The position numbers and the translations under genes were made by a program. Below, one piece after another: positions 50,721 to 60,127 of a stretch of 64,000 bases of DNA. The notes under the pieces were generated by a model. It saw only the letters and a list, made by a program, of their open reading frames with translations, was not told the DNA's origin and did not search any database. Positions within the stretch are counted from its first letter, which is position 1, and every line of letters begins with the position of its first letter. This DNA comes from an uncultured Gammaproteobacteria bacterium (GTDB taxonomy: Bacteria; Pseudomonadota; Gammaproteobacteria; PS1; Pseudothioglobaceae): assembly GCA_902512485.1 (NCBI GenBank), contig CABXJL010000001.1:5703-69702 (forward strand), given 5' to 3'.

Positions 50721-52139
50721 ATGAAAACTAGCAGAATGGGAAAAGCTGCGTTCTCTTTTTATAAATGGCTTGGCTTTGTTATCGCTGTAATTATCTCAGC
50801 AATTAGTGCTGTACTCGGTTACCTTGAAGGCACACCTTCACAACTGATAATACTTTATACAGTTGCAATTTTTGGTTCTATTCTATGGGGTTGGTACCAC
50901 CTATCTGTACGCTGGAAATACAATGAAGATGAAAAAACTGGCTTAGCAGTAGAACAGTTGGATGAAGAAATAGCTGAAGATAGCGAATACCATGAAAGCT
51001 ATATTAGCTATCTCATAAAAAGCAATAAATTTGCTATTATAGGAATTCTGGCAATGATTATTGCTTTTGTTGCCTTGGCTTTTGCTATGGACAATTTTTT
51101 CGAGTGGCGAAATGTTCTCTCATTAGTAGTATTTTTCTTAACACTCTTAATACTCATCATCACAAACTCCTTTGCTAAAAATAACAAAAGTGCTCTGATG
51201 GGTTTGGCGGTTCTTATTGGACTGTTTATTATGGGTTCACTGATTGTTGATGGTTTTATTTCAACTTTAAATCTTAAATCAATGCTGCTTTTTGCTTCAT
51301 TCCTTGGACTTGCTTGTATTGGACAAACCCTTGTGGTCTTACTAGGCGGTTTGGATTTGTCAGTAAGCTTTGTAATAGGTGCTGCAAATATTGGTTTGAT
51401 GTATTTAATCAATCTTGGAATACCTCCATCGATCTGCATCATAGCAGTATTAATGCTTGGTATAGGTGTTGGACTCATTAACGGCTTGTTAAGTTTTCGA
51501 CTACAAGGGCAAGCATTAATACTAACTCTAGGCGTCGGTTTCATTATAACTGGGCTAGTTCAAGCTTTGACTACTATTGGTTCAGATTTTGGTGGAAGTG
51601 TTTTTGGAGTAGTACCTAAATGGTTGTCTAATATCGCTGCAACAAATGGTACTATTTTTGGCATTAGCATTCCTCCAATCGTAGTGATTTGGGTAATACT
51701 GGCAATAGTATTAATAGTTGCACTAAAAAATACAACTTGGGGTAGAAATTTATATGCCGTAGGAGGAAATCGTACTACGGCAGCTCGTTTATCAATTTCA
51801 GAACGAACTTACTGGGTAGGTGTTTTTACAATTGGTGGGTTTGTTTCTGCACTAACAGGAATTTTACTTCTAGGTTGGAGTGGTGGTGGATTTGTTGGTG
51901 TAGGTGGTCCATATCTATTCCAAACAATAGCAGCTGTTGTAGTTGGAGGCACTTCATTACTTGGAGGTAAAGGTGGATATGGCTTTACAGTAATAGGTGT
52001 TCTGGTTTTACAAGTACTTTCATCATTTCTTGTCGGTATTGGTTTGAGTTATGAAGGACAACAATTTGTATTTGGATTACTGATTCTTCCAATGGTGGCT
52101 TTGTATGCGAGATCACCGCATATACGGACCCAAATTTAG
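50721..52139 (+). CDS. CUT2 ABC permease with N-terminal extension
   Basis: GQTLVVLLGGLDLS, GRNLYAVGGN, VVVGGTSLLGG; ~150 extra N-terminal residues. Confidence 0.88.
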   Translation: MKTSRMGKAAFSFYKWLGFVIAVIISAISAVLGYLEGTPSQLIILYTVAIFGSILWGWYHLSVRWKYNEDEKTGLAVEQLDEEIAEDSEYHESYISYLIKSNKFAIIGILAMIIAFVALAFAMDNFFEWRNVLSLVVFFLTLLILIITNSFAKNNKSALMGLAVLIGLFIMGSLIVDGFISTLNLKSMLLFASFLGLACIGQTLVVLLGGLDLSVSFVIGAANIGLMYLINLGIPPSICIIAVLMLGIGVGLINGLLSFRLQGQALILTLGVGFIITGLVQALTTIGSDFGGSVFGVVPKWLSNIAATNGTIFGISIPPIVVIWVILAIVLIVALKNTTWGRNLYAVGGNRTTAARLSISERTYWVGVFTIGGFVSALTGILLLGWSGGGFVGVGGPYLFQTIAAVVVGGTSLLGGKGGYGFTVIGVLVLQVLSSFLVGIGLSYEGQQFVFGLLILPMVALYARSPHIRTQI

Positions 52140-52208
52140 ATAAAGACAAACGCCCAAAGGAGACTACTATTTTGATAACAAAAATAAATTTAAAGGATAC
52201 CAATAGCA

Positions 52209-54140
52209 ATGACTGAAGTTATCAACTGGATATTTATATTTCTAGGACTATACTGGGCTTTTTGTTTATTTTGGGGTGTTAGGGCTTCACGACAAATAAC
52301 TTCAACTGACGATTATTTTTTATCTAGCAGAAATACCTCTCCTTGGGTTTTTGCACTTGCTGCGACTGCAATTTCTTTGGCTGGCTGGATATTTATTGCT
52401 CACCCAGGATTAGTATTTAGAGATGGTTTTCAATTTGCCAATACATCATTTATTACAATCGTAGTGGCTATTTCCGGAGTTGTGTTACTTAAAAGACAAT
52501 GGATGCTAGGAAAACGTTTTGGATACACCACATCTGGAGAAATGTTAACGGCTTACTATAAAGGAGATAGCTTACGAATTATTTCAGTTGGAATCGCACT
52601 TCTATTTGGAATACCTTTTGTGGCAATGCTATATGGAGCCTCTGGATTCCTAATTAGCGAATTAACAGATGGTATGATGTCACGAAATTTTGCTATGTGG
52701 ACTCTATCTAGCTTTGTACTTTTATATTCAATTATGGGAGGCATGCAAGCAATTTTAAAAATTGCAGTAGTGCAATTTGTTTTATTTGTTCTAGGAATGA
52801 TATTGCTTGCTCTGTTCGCTCTAGACCTAGTTGGTGGTTTTGACTCATTAAATAAAGGACTGGCAAATATTGCACAAGATGTCTCAAGTCACCTAGGAAA
52901 AACCAAAGGTATGGGAGGGGGTAATTTCCCAGGATACTTTGCAATACCGGGTGTCATCCAATTTACAGATGGGATAGGTATCGAAATACCAAAAGGTGGA
53001 CCATGGACATCGATAATGATATTAACTTTTATGCTTTCCGTTATGGGAATTCAGTCTTCACCATCATTTACCATGTTGGGATTTACAAGTCGCTCTCCAA
53101 AAGGTTTTGCAATCAATCAAATATGGGGAGCAGCAGCAGCTGTAGGAATTATCTTGTTCGTATTTTCAATAATTATAGGCGTCAGTGCAAACCTTCTAGG
53201 TGCAAATGCTGAGGTGAATAAAGCTGGTCTCGCAATTGTTAATTATTTACCTGAAATTTCAAAACAACAACATACAGAATTAGTTGTTCACTTTATAAAA
53301 CTTGTAGGAAATAGTTCACCATGGTTAGTCGGTTTTCTTGCCGTTTGTGCCGTTGCCTCTCTTCAAGCAACAGCAACATCTTTCATGTCGACTACTGGCA
53401 ATATTTTATCGCGTGATATTTATGTTCACTACTTTCAAAAAGACTCTGATGATAAAAAACAGATAGGAGTTGCTAGATTGTTTACCGGCTTGGTTTTCTT
53501 AAGTGGGATGTTATTAGCTTCATTCTCTATGGAGGCAACCCTTCTTCTTGGTAGTTTAGCCATAGCTTGCTCTTTTCAACTTTGGCCATCATTGCTAGGT
53601 GCTACATGGTTGCCATGGATTAACCGAGGTGGTGCAATAGCAGGATTGAGTATTGGTCTTATAGCAGTTATTTTGACTGAGCCGCTTGGACAAAAACTTA
53701 CAGGAGGAGCAATACCCTGGGGAGTTTGGCCTTGGAATATACACTCTGCAGTATGGGGGATGTTTTTTAATATTGTAATTTGTATGATTATTTCACTCAT
53801 GGCTGTAAATGACCCTGAAAAAGAACATAGGCAAACTTTTCATAACTTTTTTCAAAAACATAGCGAAATTAAATCAAGTGATCGTTGGGCAAAGCCTATT
53901 GGAGCACTTCTGCTAATGATTTGGATGTTTTTTGCGATTGGCCCAGGCTCTGTATTTGGGAATATGGCATTCGGTGAGCCCAATACTGGCTATGATCAAT
54001 GGCTCTTAGGAATGCCGTCCATTTGGGCATGGCAAATAATATGGTGGTCTCTTGGTGTTGGTGTAGTCTGGTTTCTGGCAAACAAATTAAGAATGTCCGT
54101 AGAGCCCGAAATAGAAATCAAAGCTATTTCTGAGAATTAA
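52209..54140 (+). CDS. Sodium:solute symporter (SSS) family transporter
   Basis: DDYFLSSR, YSIMGGMQA, about 13-15 TM helices, SRDIY. Substrate not determinable. Confidence 0.85.
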   Translation: MTEVINWIFIFLGLYWAFCLFWGVRASRQITSTDDYFLSSRNTSPWVFALAATAISLAGWIFIAHPGLVFRDGFQFANTSFITIVVAISGVVLLKRQWMLGKRFGYTTSGEMLTAYYKGDSLRIISVGIALLFGIPFVAMLYGASGFLISELTDGMMSRNFAMWTLSSFVLLYSIMGGMQAILKIAVVQFVLFVLGMILLALFALDLVGGFDSLNKGLANIAQDVSSHLGKTKGMGGGNFPGYFAIPGVIQFTDGIGIEIPKGGPWTSIMILTFMLSVMGIQSSPSFTMLGFTSRSPKGFAINQIWGAAAAVGIILFVFSIIIGVSANLLGANAEVNKAGLAIVNYLPEISKQQHTELVVHFIKLVGNSSPWLVGFLAVCAVASLQATATSFMSTTGNILSRDIYVHYFQKDSDDKKQIGVARLFTGLVFLSGMLLASFSMEATLLLGSLAIACSFQLWPSLLGATWLPWINRGGAIAGLSIGLIAVILTEPLGQKLTGGAIPWGVWPWNIHSAVWGMFFNIVICMIISLMAVNDPEKEHRQTFHNFFQKHSEIKSSDRWAKPIGALLLMIWMFFAIGPGSVFGNMAFGEPNTGYDQWLLGMPSIWAWQIIWWSLGVGVVWFLANKLRMSVEPEIEIKAISEN

Positions 54141-54205
54141 AGAACGACTTTCTATTTTAATATTAGATTATATTAAGCGCTTAGCTCATCAACGAACGAA
54201 GTGAG

Positions 54206-54281
54206 GCGTAGTAGAAAGAGAGTCTTGATTGCTTCAGCAATAAGAAAATAACCACAAAGTCCAAATTTCGTTTGATGTGTG
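54206..54281 (+). repeat. Island-boundary repeat, copy 2 (left part)
   Basis: Aligns without gaps to 31201-31276 with about 10 substitutions. Contains the hairpin TCTT(G)ATTGCT-TC-AGCAATAAGA. Confidence 0.85.
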
Positions 54282-54342
54282 GGGATAGAGTTTTTTTTGA
54301 GCTATAATTAAATTTCTTTAATAATATTTCTAGGAGTGAAAA

Positions 54343-54636
54343 ATGATTTATGTAATTGTTAAGTGTCCGTGTCATGAAGAAGGAGCATCGAAGCTTATTG
54401 ATTGGGCACACAGTGACGATGGATTGTCATTGACAAGGACACACAAGGGATTTAAGCATATCGAACTTTTGGCTGGTGAAGATAACAAGACAATGTGGTT
54501 ATACGAACAATGGGAGACAAAAGAGGACCATCAAGCATATCTAAATTTTCGAATGGAAAATGGATTTGAAAACTTTATGGGAGAAATATTGGAAGGTGAA
54601 TTGTCAATCAATTATCTTTCCAACTGCGGAGCATGA
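54343..54636 (+). CDS. Antibiotic biosynthesis monooxygenase (ABM) / putative quinol monooxygenase
   Basis: 97 aa, LYEQWETKEDHQAYLNFR. RBS AGGAG. Confidence 0.8.
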   Translation: MIYVIVKCPCHEEGASKLIDWAHSDDGLSLTRTHKGFKHIELLAGEDNKTMWLYEQWETKEDHQAYLNFRMENGFENFMGEILEGELSINYLSNCGA

Positions 54637-54660
54637 TGTGTGAGGGAGGGTTATTAATGT
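54634..54660 (+). repeat. Island-boundary repeat, copy 2 (right part, separated by the ABM gene)
   Basis: TGATGTGTGAGGGAGGGTTATTAATGT matches 31268-31295 with one indel. Confidence 0.8.
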
Positions 54661-54699
54661 TTTCAAGCAATTAAAGCCGATACGTCTTACTAGCAATTG

Positions 54700-55479
54700 T
54701 CAATTAAAAAGCATACTTACTGCCTTTACTTTTGTTTCATTGTTTGGGGAAATTTTTCCATCAGGCATAAAAATTGAGTTTTCAAAGCCCACTCTAATTT
54801 TTCCACCAAGTTTTATAGCGCTCTTAATACAGCTCACTTCTTCTTTACCAAATGCACAAATAGCCCAATCAGCTTTTATATCATTTGCTTTAGCTCTGTC
54901 TAGAAAGGGCTGGATATTACTTGGTGAACTGATTTTACCTGTGTAGTGACCAATTACAAACAAGCACCAAACCCCCTGTTTTGAGAGTCCAGATTTATCA
55001 AGCGCCACAGCAAGCAAGTCAACATCTTCAGGACCATAGAGGATGTGTTGAATCTTTACTCCTTTTTCACTGAGGTATTGATAAATTTTTATGTCCTCTT
55101 GTATTGGTCGAAATGATGGAATCATTTCACGAATGCCAATTGAGATACCAGGAGTGCTAACATCATAGGCAAGTTTTCGCATATCTTCTGGTGTGTATCT
55201 TCCAACAGCCTCTGTTGTAATTTGAAGGTGCATCTCAGGAACAACCCCTTCTAACTCAGCCAATGCCTCTTTATAAAGCCCCGAGTCTAGCACATGAAGG
55301 CCGTTTTTATCCCGCACGTGAAAATGTATCGCATCAGCACCAGCAATGTAGCAATTTTTAGCTGTGTTTACGATCTCAGAAATTGAAAGTGGCACTGCAG
55401 GATGGTCTTTTTTCATTTTTCTTGAGCCGTTCGGCGAGACCATGAGTTTTGGTAATTCTATTGGCTGGTAAAACGACAC
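54700..55479 (-). CDS. Beta-keto acid cleavage enzyme family (BKACE/DUF849, Kce-like)
   Basis: SPNGSR, IHFHVRD (HxH), ITTE, RVGFENS. Confidence 0.87.
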   Translation of the reverse strand: MSFYQPIELPKLMVSPNGSRKMKKDHPAVPLSISEIVNTAKNCYIAGADAIHFHVRDKNGLHVLDSGLYKEALAELEGVVPEMHLQITTEAVGRYTPEDMRKLAYDVSTPGISIGIREMIPSFRPIQEDIKIYQYLSEKGVKIQHILYGPEDVDLLAVALDKSGLSKQGVWCLFVIGHYTGKISSPSNIQPFLDRAKANDIKADWAICAFGKEEVSCIKSAIKLGGKIRVGFENSIFMPDGKISPNNETKVKAVSMLFN

Positions 55480-55528
55480 TTTCCTCTCCTTTATTTACGT
55501 TAAATTATCAATAACATGCACATACAAA

Positions 55529-56998
55529 TTAAACAATGTTTAATTCGTTTAGCTTATTTTTTATAAACTCATTTAAATCAGAGCCTAGTGGACAAGTTTC
55601 AAGAATAAACCTATCAGGCCTTACAATAATTGCCTTGGCATTATAATAATTTAATAGGTCCGCCAAGCCTACAACTTGATGGCCGTAAAAAGATTTAATT
55701 TTACTCTTTAGTTTATTATCTTTTAGCTCTGAATCCAAAAGCAAAACTGGCTGCTTTGCAAACTTCAAGTCTAGTCTTGTGCCATTATTCATTGTTAGTT
55801 GTGGGAAAGGTTTTCCTCTATTCTTATCTGATTTTTTGCCAAGACCAGGGCCAAGTTCTGGCTGAATTGATTTCATACTCATAGTTCCATCAGAATTTTC
55901 GGAAATATTATTTGTAATTTTTGAAGTACTAATATCGTTAATAAACTCACCCATTCTCATTGTTGTTTGAATGTATTCTTTAACATTTGAAAACCTTTCT
56001 GATTGATATGTATCGAGCAGTTTTTCATTATGACCATTTTTTAAACAAAGACTAATCTTCCAAGCTAGATTTGAAGCATCTCTAATTCCAGCACACATAC
56101 CTTGTCCCATAAATGGAGGCATTAAGTGTGCAGCATCACCTACTAAAAAAATACGTCCCGATCTCCATTTCATAGCTATAGCAGATTGAAAAGTGTAAAT
56201 TGTTTTTCTTTCTAACTCTGCCTCGTATGGCTGTAGCCATGGTTTTAAAAAATTCCAAATATATTTGTCAGATAAGATTTCTTTTTCATCCTCATGATCA
56301 TGAATAGCAAACTCCCAGCGCCTTCTTCTTCCAACATTTCGACAGTAGGTTGCTGGTCTTTTTGAATTTGAGTACTGAATAGTTCTATCAGCCAATTTAT
56401 TATTATCATGTTTTAAAATTAAATCAACTACAGACCACTTCTGATTAAACCCAAGGTTTACAAGCTTATTTCCCATTTGCTCCCTAGTCGCTGATCCGGC
56501 ACCATCACAACCTATAACGTAGCTTGATTCTACTGAATGAAGTTTATTAGTCTGTCTGTCTTCAAACACTATTTCTACATGATTATCGATATTTTTTATT
56601 TTTAAAACTATTGCATTCTGTCTTATAGAAACTTTTTTAAAGTCTTTTAATCTTCTACGAAGCTGCCTTTCTAAGTCAGGTTGATGAAATCTATAACTTG
56701 GATACCAACCATTAATCGTTCGAGATCGAGGACGCGGCCAATCCAGCACTACTTCATCGTCTGCATTTACAAACTTAGTTCCTTTGTTAATAATTGTATA
56801 TCTTGCAAGCCTTTCTGAAATTCCAATAGACTGAAAAATACGCATAACTTCATCATCAAAATGAACCGCTCTAGGAAGATTAAAAATACTTTTTTCACGC
56901 TCTAGAATTAATATAGAAAGTCCATTCAGCGCTAATAGATTAGCTATAGTTCCACCTACTGGACCAAGTCCCACTATAACAACATCATATGATTTCAT
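55529..56998 (-). CDS. FAD-dependent aromatic hydroxylase, MhpA-like
   Basis: GLGPVG, PRAVHFDDEVMR, FHQPDLE, GCDGA, GDAAHLMPPFMGQGMCAGIRDASNLAWK. Confidence 0.88.
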   Translation of the reverse strand: MKSYDVVIVGLGPVGGTIANLLALNGLSILILEREKSIFNLPRAVHFDDEVMRIFQSIGISERLARYTIINKGTKFVNADDEVVLDWPRPRSRTINGWYPSYRFHQPDLERQLRRRLKDFKKVSIRQNAIVLKIKNIDNHVEIVFEDRQTNKLHSVESSYVIGCDGAGSATREQMGNKLVNLGFNQKWSVVDLILKHDNNKLADRTIQYSNSKRPATYCRNVGRRRRWEFAIHDHEDEKEILSDKYIWNFLKPWLQPYEAELERKTIYTFQSAIAMKWRSGRIFLVGDAAHLMPPFMGQGMCAGIRDASNLAWKISLCLKNGHNEKLLDTYQSERFSNVKEYIQTTMRMGEFINDISTSKITNNISENSDGTMSMKSIQPELGPGLGKKSDKNRGKPFPQLTMNNGTRLDLKFAKQPVLLLDSELKDNKLKSKIKSFYGHQVVGLADLLNYYNAKAIIVRPDRFILETCPLGSDLNEFIKNKLNELNIV

Positions 56999-57026
56999 GT
57001 ATTTATATTAAACGAGCCTTAGTTTG

Positions 57027-58001
57027 TCATTGTTTTTTAACCACCTGAGAGTATAACCAAGGACAGTCCACCAATAATGGCGCTTGCTTGCCTTCTAGTG
57101 CTGTTTCTAATCTTTTTGAACGAAACATAAGTCTCTCTTCATCGGAAAGATAGAGTCGCTCATGTCCCCAAAAACTAGGACCTTCAAAGGTTTCTATAGG
57201 ATCCCATGATGACGGATCAATGATTCGACCTCCCCATCCATTCTCAACAAAAAAACCAGAAGGTGTGTGTGAATAAAAAGACGTCATATAATCGTTGCTG
57301 TGTCTTCCCAATGTATAAGCAATTGCATTATCTTGATATTGTAATAAATCATATCCTTGGCCAACATCATCAAGACTGTTGTATTCAATCATGAAGTGAT
57401 GAAAGCCTGTCTTCCCTGAGCCAAAAAATGCAAAACTATGGTGACGGCCATTTACATGAAAGAAGCATAATGAAATTGGTGTATTACTGTAATCACTAAT
57501 TTTAAAATCTAAAATATCGCGATAAAAAGGTATCAATAATTCTACATCTTGCACATGAATAACTGCGTGTCCCATGCCAAATGCTCCAGTTTTAAAGCCT
57601 GAAATAGGTCGTCCAGGAACAAATGGGTCAGTATCCTTCATTGGCTTATAAACAAGCTCAATTCGATTTCCTTGGGGGTCTTTAAAATAAATTAAATCTT
57701 CTACAAAGCGCTTGTCAGAAAAATCTGATTTACCGTAGAATACTGGTATATCAATTGCCTCAAGTCTTTCTGCATAGACCTGTAAGTCTTCCTTAAACTC
57801 AACCTCCCAGCCCATAAAAGCCAAACCTTCATCTTCATTTTTTGTGACTGCTAGGCGCTGTTTTTGATCATCCATTCTAAAACTCAGTGCGCCATTTCCT
57901 CTATCTACCAGTTGCATGCCGAGATATTTTTGAGAATATTCAGACCAATCATTGAGTTTGTTTGAGTTAACTCCAATATAACTAAGGGCGTTTATAGTCA
58001 T
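57027..58001 (-). CDS. Type I (VOC) extradiol ring-cleavage dioxygenase, BphC/HsaC-like
   Basis: FRMDD, DPQGNRIE, GMGHAV, RHHS, FHHFMIE, LGRHSND.MTSFY, FFVENGWGG. RBS GGAGG before ATG 58001. Confidence 0.9.
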   Translation of the reverse strand: MTINALSYIGVNSNKLNDWSEYSQKYLGMQLVDRGNGALSFRMDDQKQRLAVTKNEDEGLAFMGWEVEFKEDLQVYAERLEAIDIPVFYGKSDFSDKRFVEDLIYFKDPQGNRIELVYKPMKDTDPFVPGRPISGFKTGAFGMGHAVIHVQDVELLIPFYRDILDFKISDYSNTPISLCFFHVNGRHHSFAFFGSGKTGFHHFMIEYNSLDDVGQGYDLLQYQDNAIAYTLGRHSNDYMTSFYSHTPSGFFVENGWGGRIIDPSSWDPIETFEGPSFWGHERLYLSDEERLMFRSKRLETALEGKQAPLLVDCPWLYSQVVKKQ

Positions 58002-58020
58002 TCCAATAGCCTCCAATAAA

Positions 58021-58053
58021 AAGAGCTCTCAATGTCAACCAAAGAGAGCTCTT
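58021..58053 (-). terminator. Stem-loop after dctP (terminator or mRNA stabiliser)
   Basis: AAGAGCTCTC-13 nt-GAGAGCTCTT followed by TTTAT on the minus strand. Confidence 0.65.
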
Positions 58054-58069
58054 AGTATTATATTATTTA

Positions 58070-59092
58070 TCAGCCATCGATGCTAGTTATGATTTCTTTT
58101 GCTCTTTTAAGAACTGCATCACCATCTAGACCTTTACCTTTCATTTCATCTAACCAGTCTGCTTCGATTGGTGCTAATACAGACTTAAATCTTTGAAGAC
58201 TAGCTTCTGAAACTTCAGACATTACATGTCCATCAAGTCCTGCAATTTCGGCTTTAAGTTTTGTATTTTGAGCATCAATCAGTGATGCTGCCCAGTCGCC
58301 AAAAGCGTGGCCACTGTTGTTGTCAATCACTTCTTTAAGATTATCAGGAAGACTGTTATATTTATCTTCATTCATAATCAAACCAAAAGTTGCATTAGTA
58401 ATGTTTACCTCTGTGTGATATTTGGTAACTTCAAACAATTTAAATGAGCCAACTGCAGTGTAAGGAAAAGGGGTTCCATCTACTACGCCTTTTTGAAGGG
58501 CTTCGTAAGTTCCTGGTGCAGGCACTGACACTCCAGTTGCACCCAGCTTAGCAAGAATAGTTCCAGCTATTTTACTTGGTACTCTCATTTTCAAACCTTT
58601 CAAGTCACCAACCTCAAGTACATTTTTATCCTTCATATGGAACTGATATGCAGGGTTAGAGTGAAGCCCTACAAGCTTAATTCCATCCATTTCTTTATCA
58701 AGATACCCTTCTTCATATAGCGTATTAAGCGCTTTTGATCCGGCTTTTGATGTCCTGGTTAAAAATGGCAACTCAACAACTGAACTTAGAGGAAATTGAC
58801 CTCCAATATATCCTAGAACGGTCCATGACATATCAGCAATTCCGCCTTTCACAATATCATATTGCTTTGGTGGTCCACCTAAAACACCTCCAGCATATAC
58901 CTTAACCTCAAGCCCTCCATTTGACTCTGCATTTACTTTATCTGCCCAGGCACTCAAAATTTTGCTTGCAATAAATGCACCTCCTGGCTCAAAAGTTGCT
59001 AATTTAATTTTTATAGGTTCAGCTATAGCTGAACCTGCAAATGCTAGAGAAAACACACCCAACATAAGCAACTTTACTATTTTTTTAAACAT
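58070..59092 (-). CDS. dctP: TRAP substrate-binding protein
   Basis: Signal peptide; DLKGLKMRVP, YEALQKGVVDG. Confidence 0.9.
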   Translation of the reverse strand: MFKKIVKLLMLGVFSLAFAGSAIAEPIKIKLATFEPGGAFIASKILSAWADKVNAESNGGLEVKVYAGGVLGGPPKQYDIVKGGIADMSWTVLGYIGGQFPLSSVVELPFLTRTSKAGSKALNTLYEEGYLDKEMDGIKLVGLHSNPAYQFHMKDKNVLEVGDLKGLKMRVPSKIAGTILAKLGATGVSVPAPGTYEALQKGVVDGTPFPYTAVGSFKLFEVTKYHTEVNITNATFGLIMNEDKYNSLPDNLKEVIDNNSGHAFGDWAASLIDAQNTKLKAEIAGLDGHVMSEVSEASLQRFKSVLAPIEADWLDEMKGKGLDGDAVLKRAKEIITSIDG

Positions 59093-59120
59093 AATATTCT
59101 CCTATATATTTTTTCTAATA

Positions 59121-59978
59121 TTAATCATGAATTATTTCATCATTAATTTCATTTGATAGTATCCCAATATCTGAGATCTCTATCTCTACCTTATCTCCCT
59201 GCTTCATAAAAACAGGTGGATTTCTTTTTGCGCCAACACCTCCAGGCGTTCCTGTGACTAAAACATCTCCAGCACGCCATGGTAGGGCCTTGGAAACGTA
59301 AGAAATCAACAAAGGAATGTCAAAAATAAGCTGGCTTAGATTCGCGCTTTGCATTATCTTTCCATTCAATCTAGTTTGAAGTGAAAGTGCCTTATAGTCG
59401 GGCACGTTTTCAGCTAGAACCATATGCGGGCCAAAACCCCCAGTTTTTTGGAAGTTCTTGCCCATGCCAAATTGTCTTGTATGTTGTTGCCAATCACGAA
59501 TAGTGCCGTCGTTATAACAAGAGAATCCAACAATGTGCTTTAAGGCATCCTCTTCCTTAACATGAGTCCCTGCTTCACCCATGATCACTGCAAGTTCGCC
59601 TTCAAAATCTAGATGAGTAGAAGCTAGTGGTCTCTGAATGTACTGTAAATGTGCTGTTTGACTGTCTGGGAAGCGATGAAAGATAACTGGGTTTTCTTCA
59701 ATAGTTCTATTTGTCTCTACAACGTGTTTATGATAGTTAAGCCCCACACAAATAATTTTTCCTGGATTTGGAATAACCGGAAGTAGTTTTGTTTCGTTAT
59801 AATTAATTTTTCCAGGGTTTTCTAAAGCGTATTTTTTTGCTTCTGGAATTCCGTTCTTTGAAATTAAATCCTTCAATGTCCTGGCACCAAGCACTTTATC
59901 TGTAAGGTCAGTTATGGTATTTTCATCAGTGACACCGTAACGAGGACTGTCTTTTAAGTTGAAAGAAATGAATTTCAT
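59121..59978 (-). CDS. Fumarylacetoacetate hydrolase family protein
   Basis: KIICVGLNY, DFEGEL, YNDGTIRD, GKNF, TGTPGGVG. Confidence 0.92.
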   Translation of the reverse strand: MKFISFNLKDSPRYGVTDENTITDLTDKVLGARTLKDLISKNGIPEAKKYALENPGKINYNETKLLPVIPNPGKIICVGLNYHKHVVETNRTIEENPVIFHRFPDSQTAHLQYIQRPLASTHLDFEGELAVIMGEAGTHVKEEDALKHIVGFSCYNDGTIRDWQQHTRQFGMGKNFQKTGGFGPHMVLAENVPDYKALSLQTRLNGKIMQSANLSQLIFDIPLLISYVSKALPWRAGDVLVTGTPGGVGAKRNPPVFMKQGDKVEIEISDIGILSNEINDEIIHD

Positions 59979-60001
59979 AATCGTTTATTTTTTTGTAAAT
60001 T

Positions 60002-60050
60002 GAATGGTAAACCATTCTAAATTAAAAATCAATATTATTTTCGAAAATAA
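60002..60050. promoter_or_regulatory. Candidate GntR operators in the divergent promoter
   Basis: Perfect palindrome TTATTTTCGAAAATAA (60035-60050) and inverted repeat GAATGGT-AA-ACCATTC (60002-60017). Confidence 0.55.
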
Positions 60051-60127
60051 ATATATTTTTAATAATATTGTTATTTTTAACATTATTATTTATACTTAAA
60101 GCTAAGTAAGTCACAAGAGTTTAGTAA

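Noticed and set aside
51008-51544. 178-aa antisense ORF and the other short ORFs overlapping long genes (e.g. 3904-4215, 46557-46889, 61970-62356, 54181-54411)
   Set aside because: Shadow frames of well-supported genes or repeats, with no recognisable motifs or RBS.
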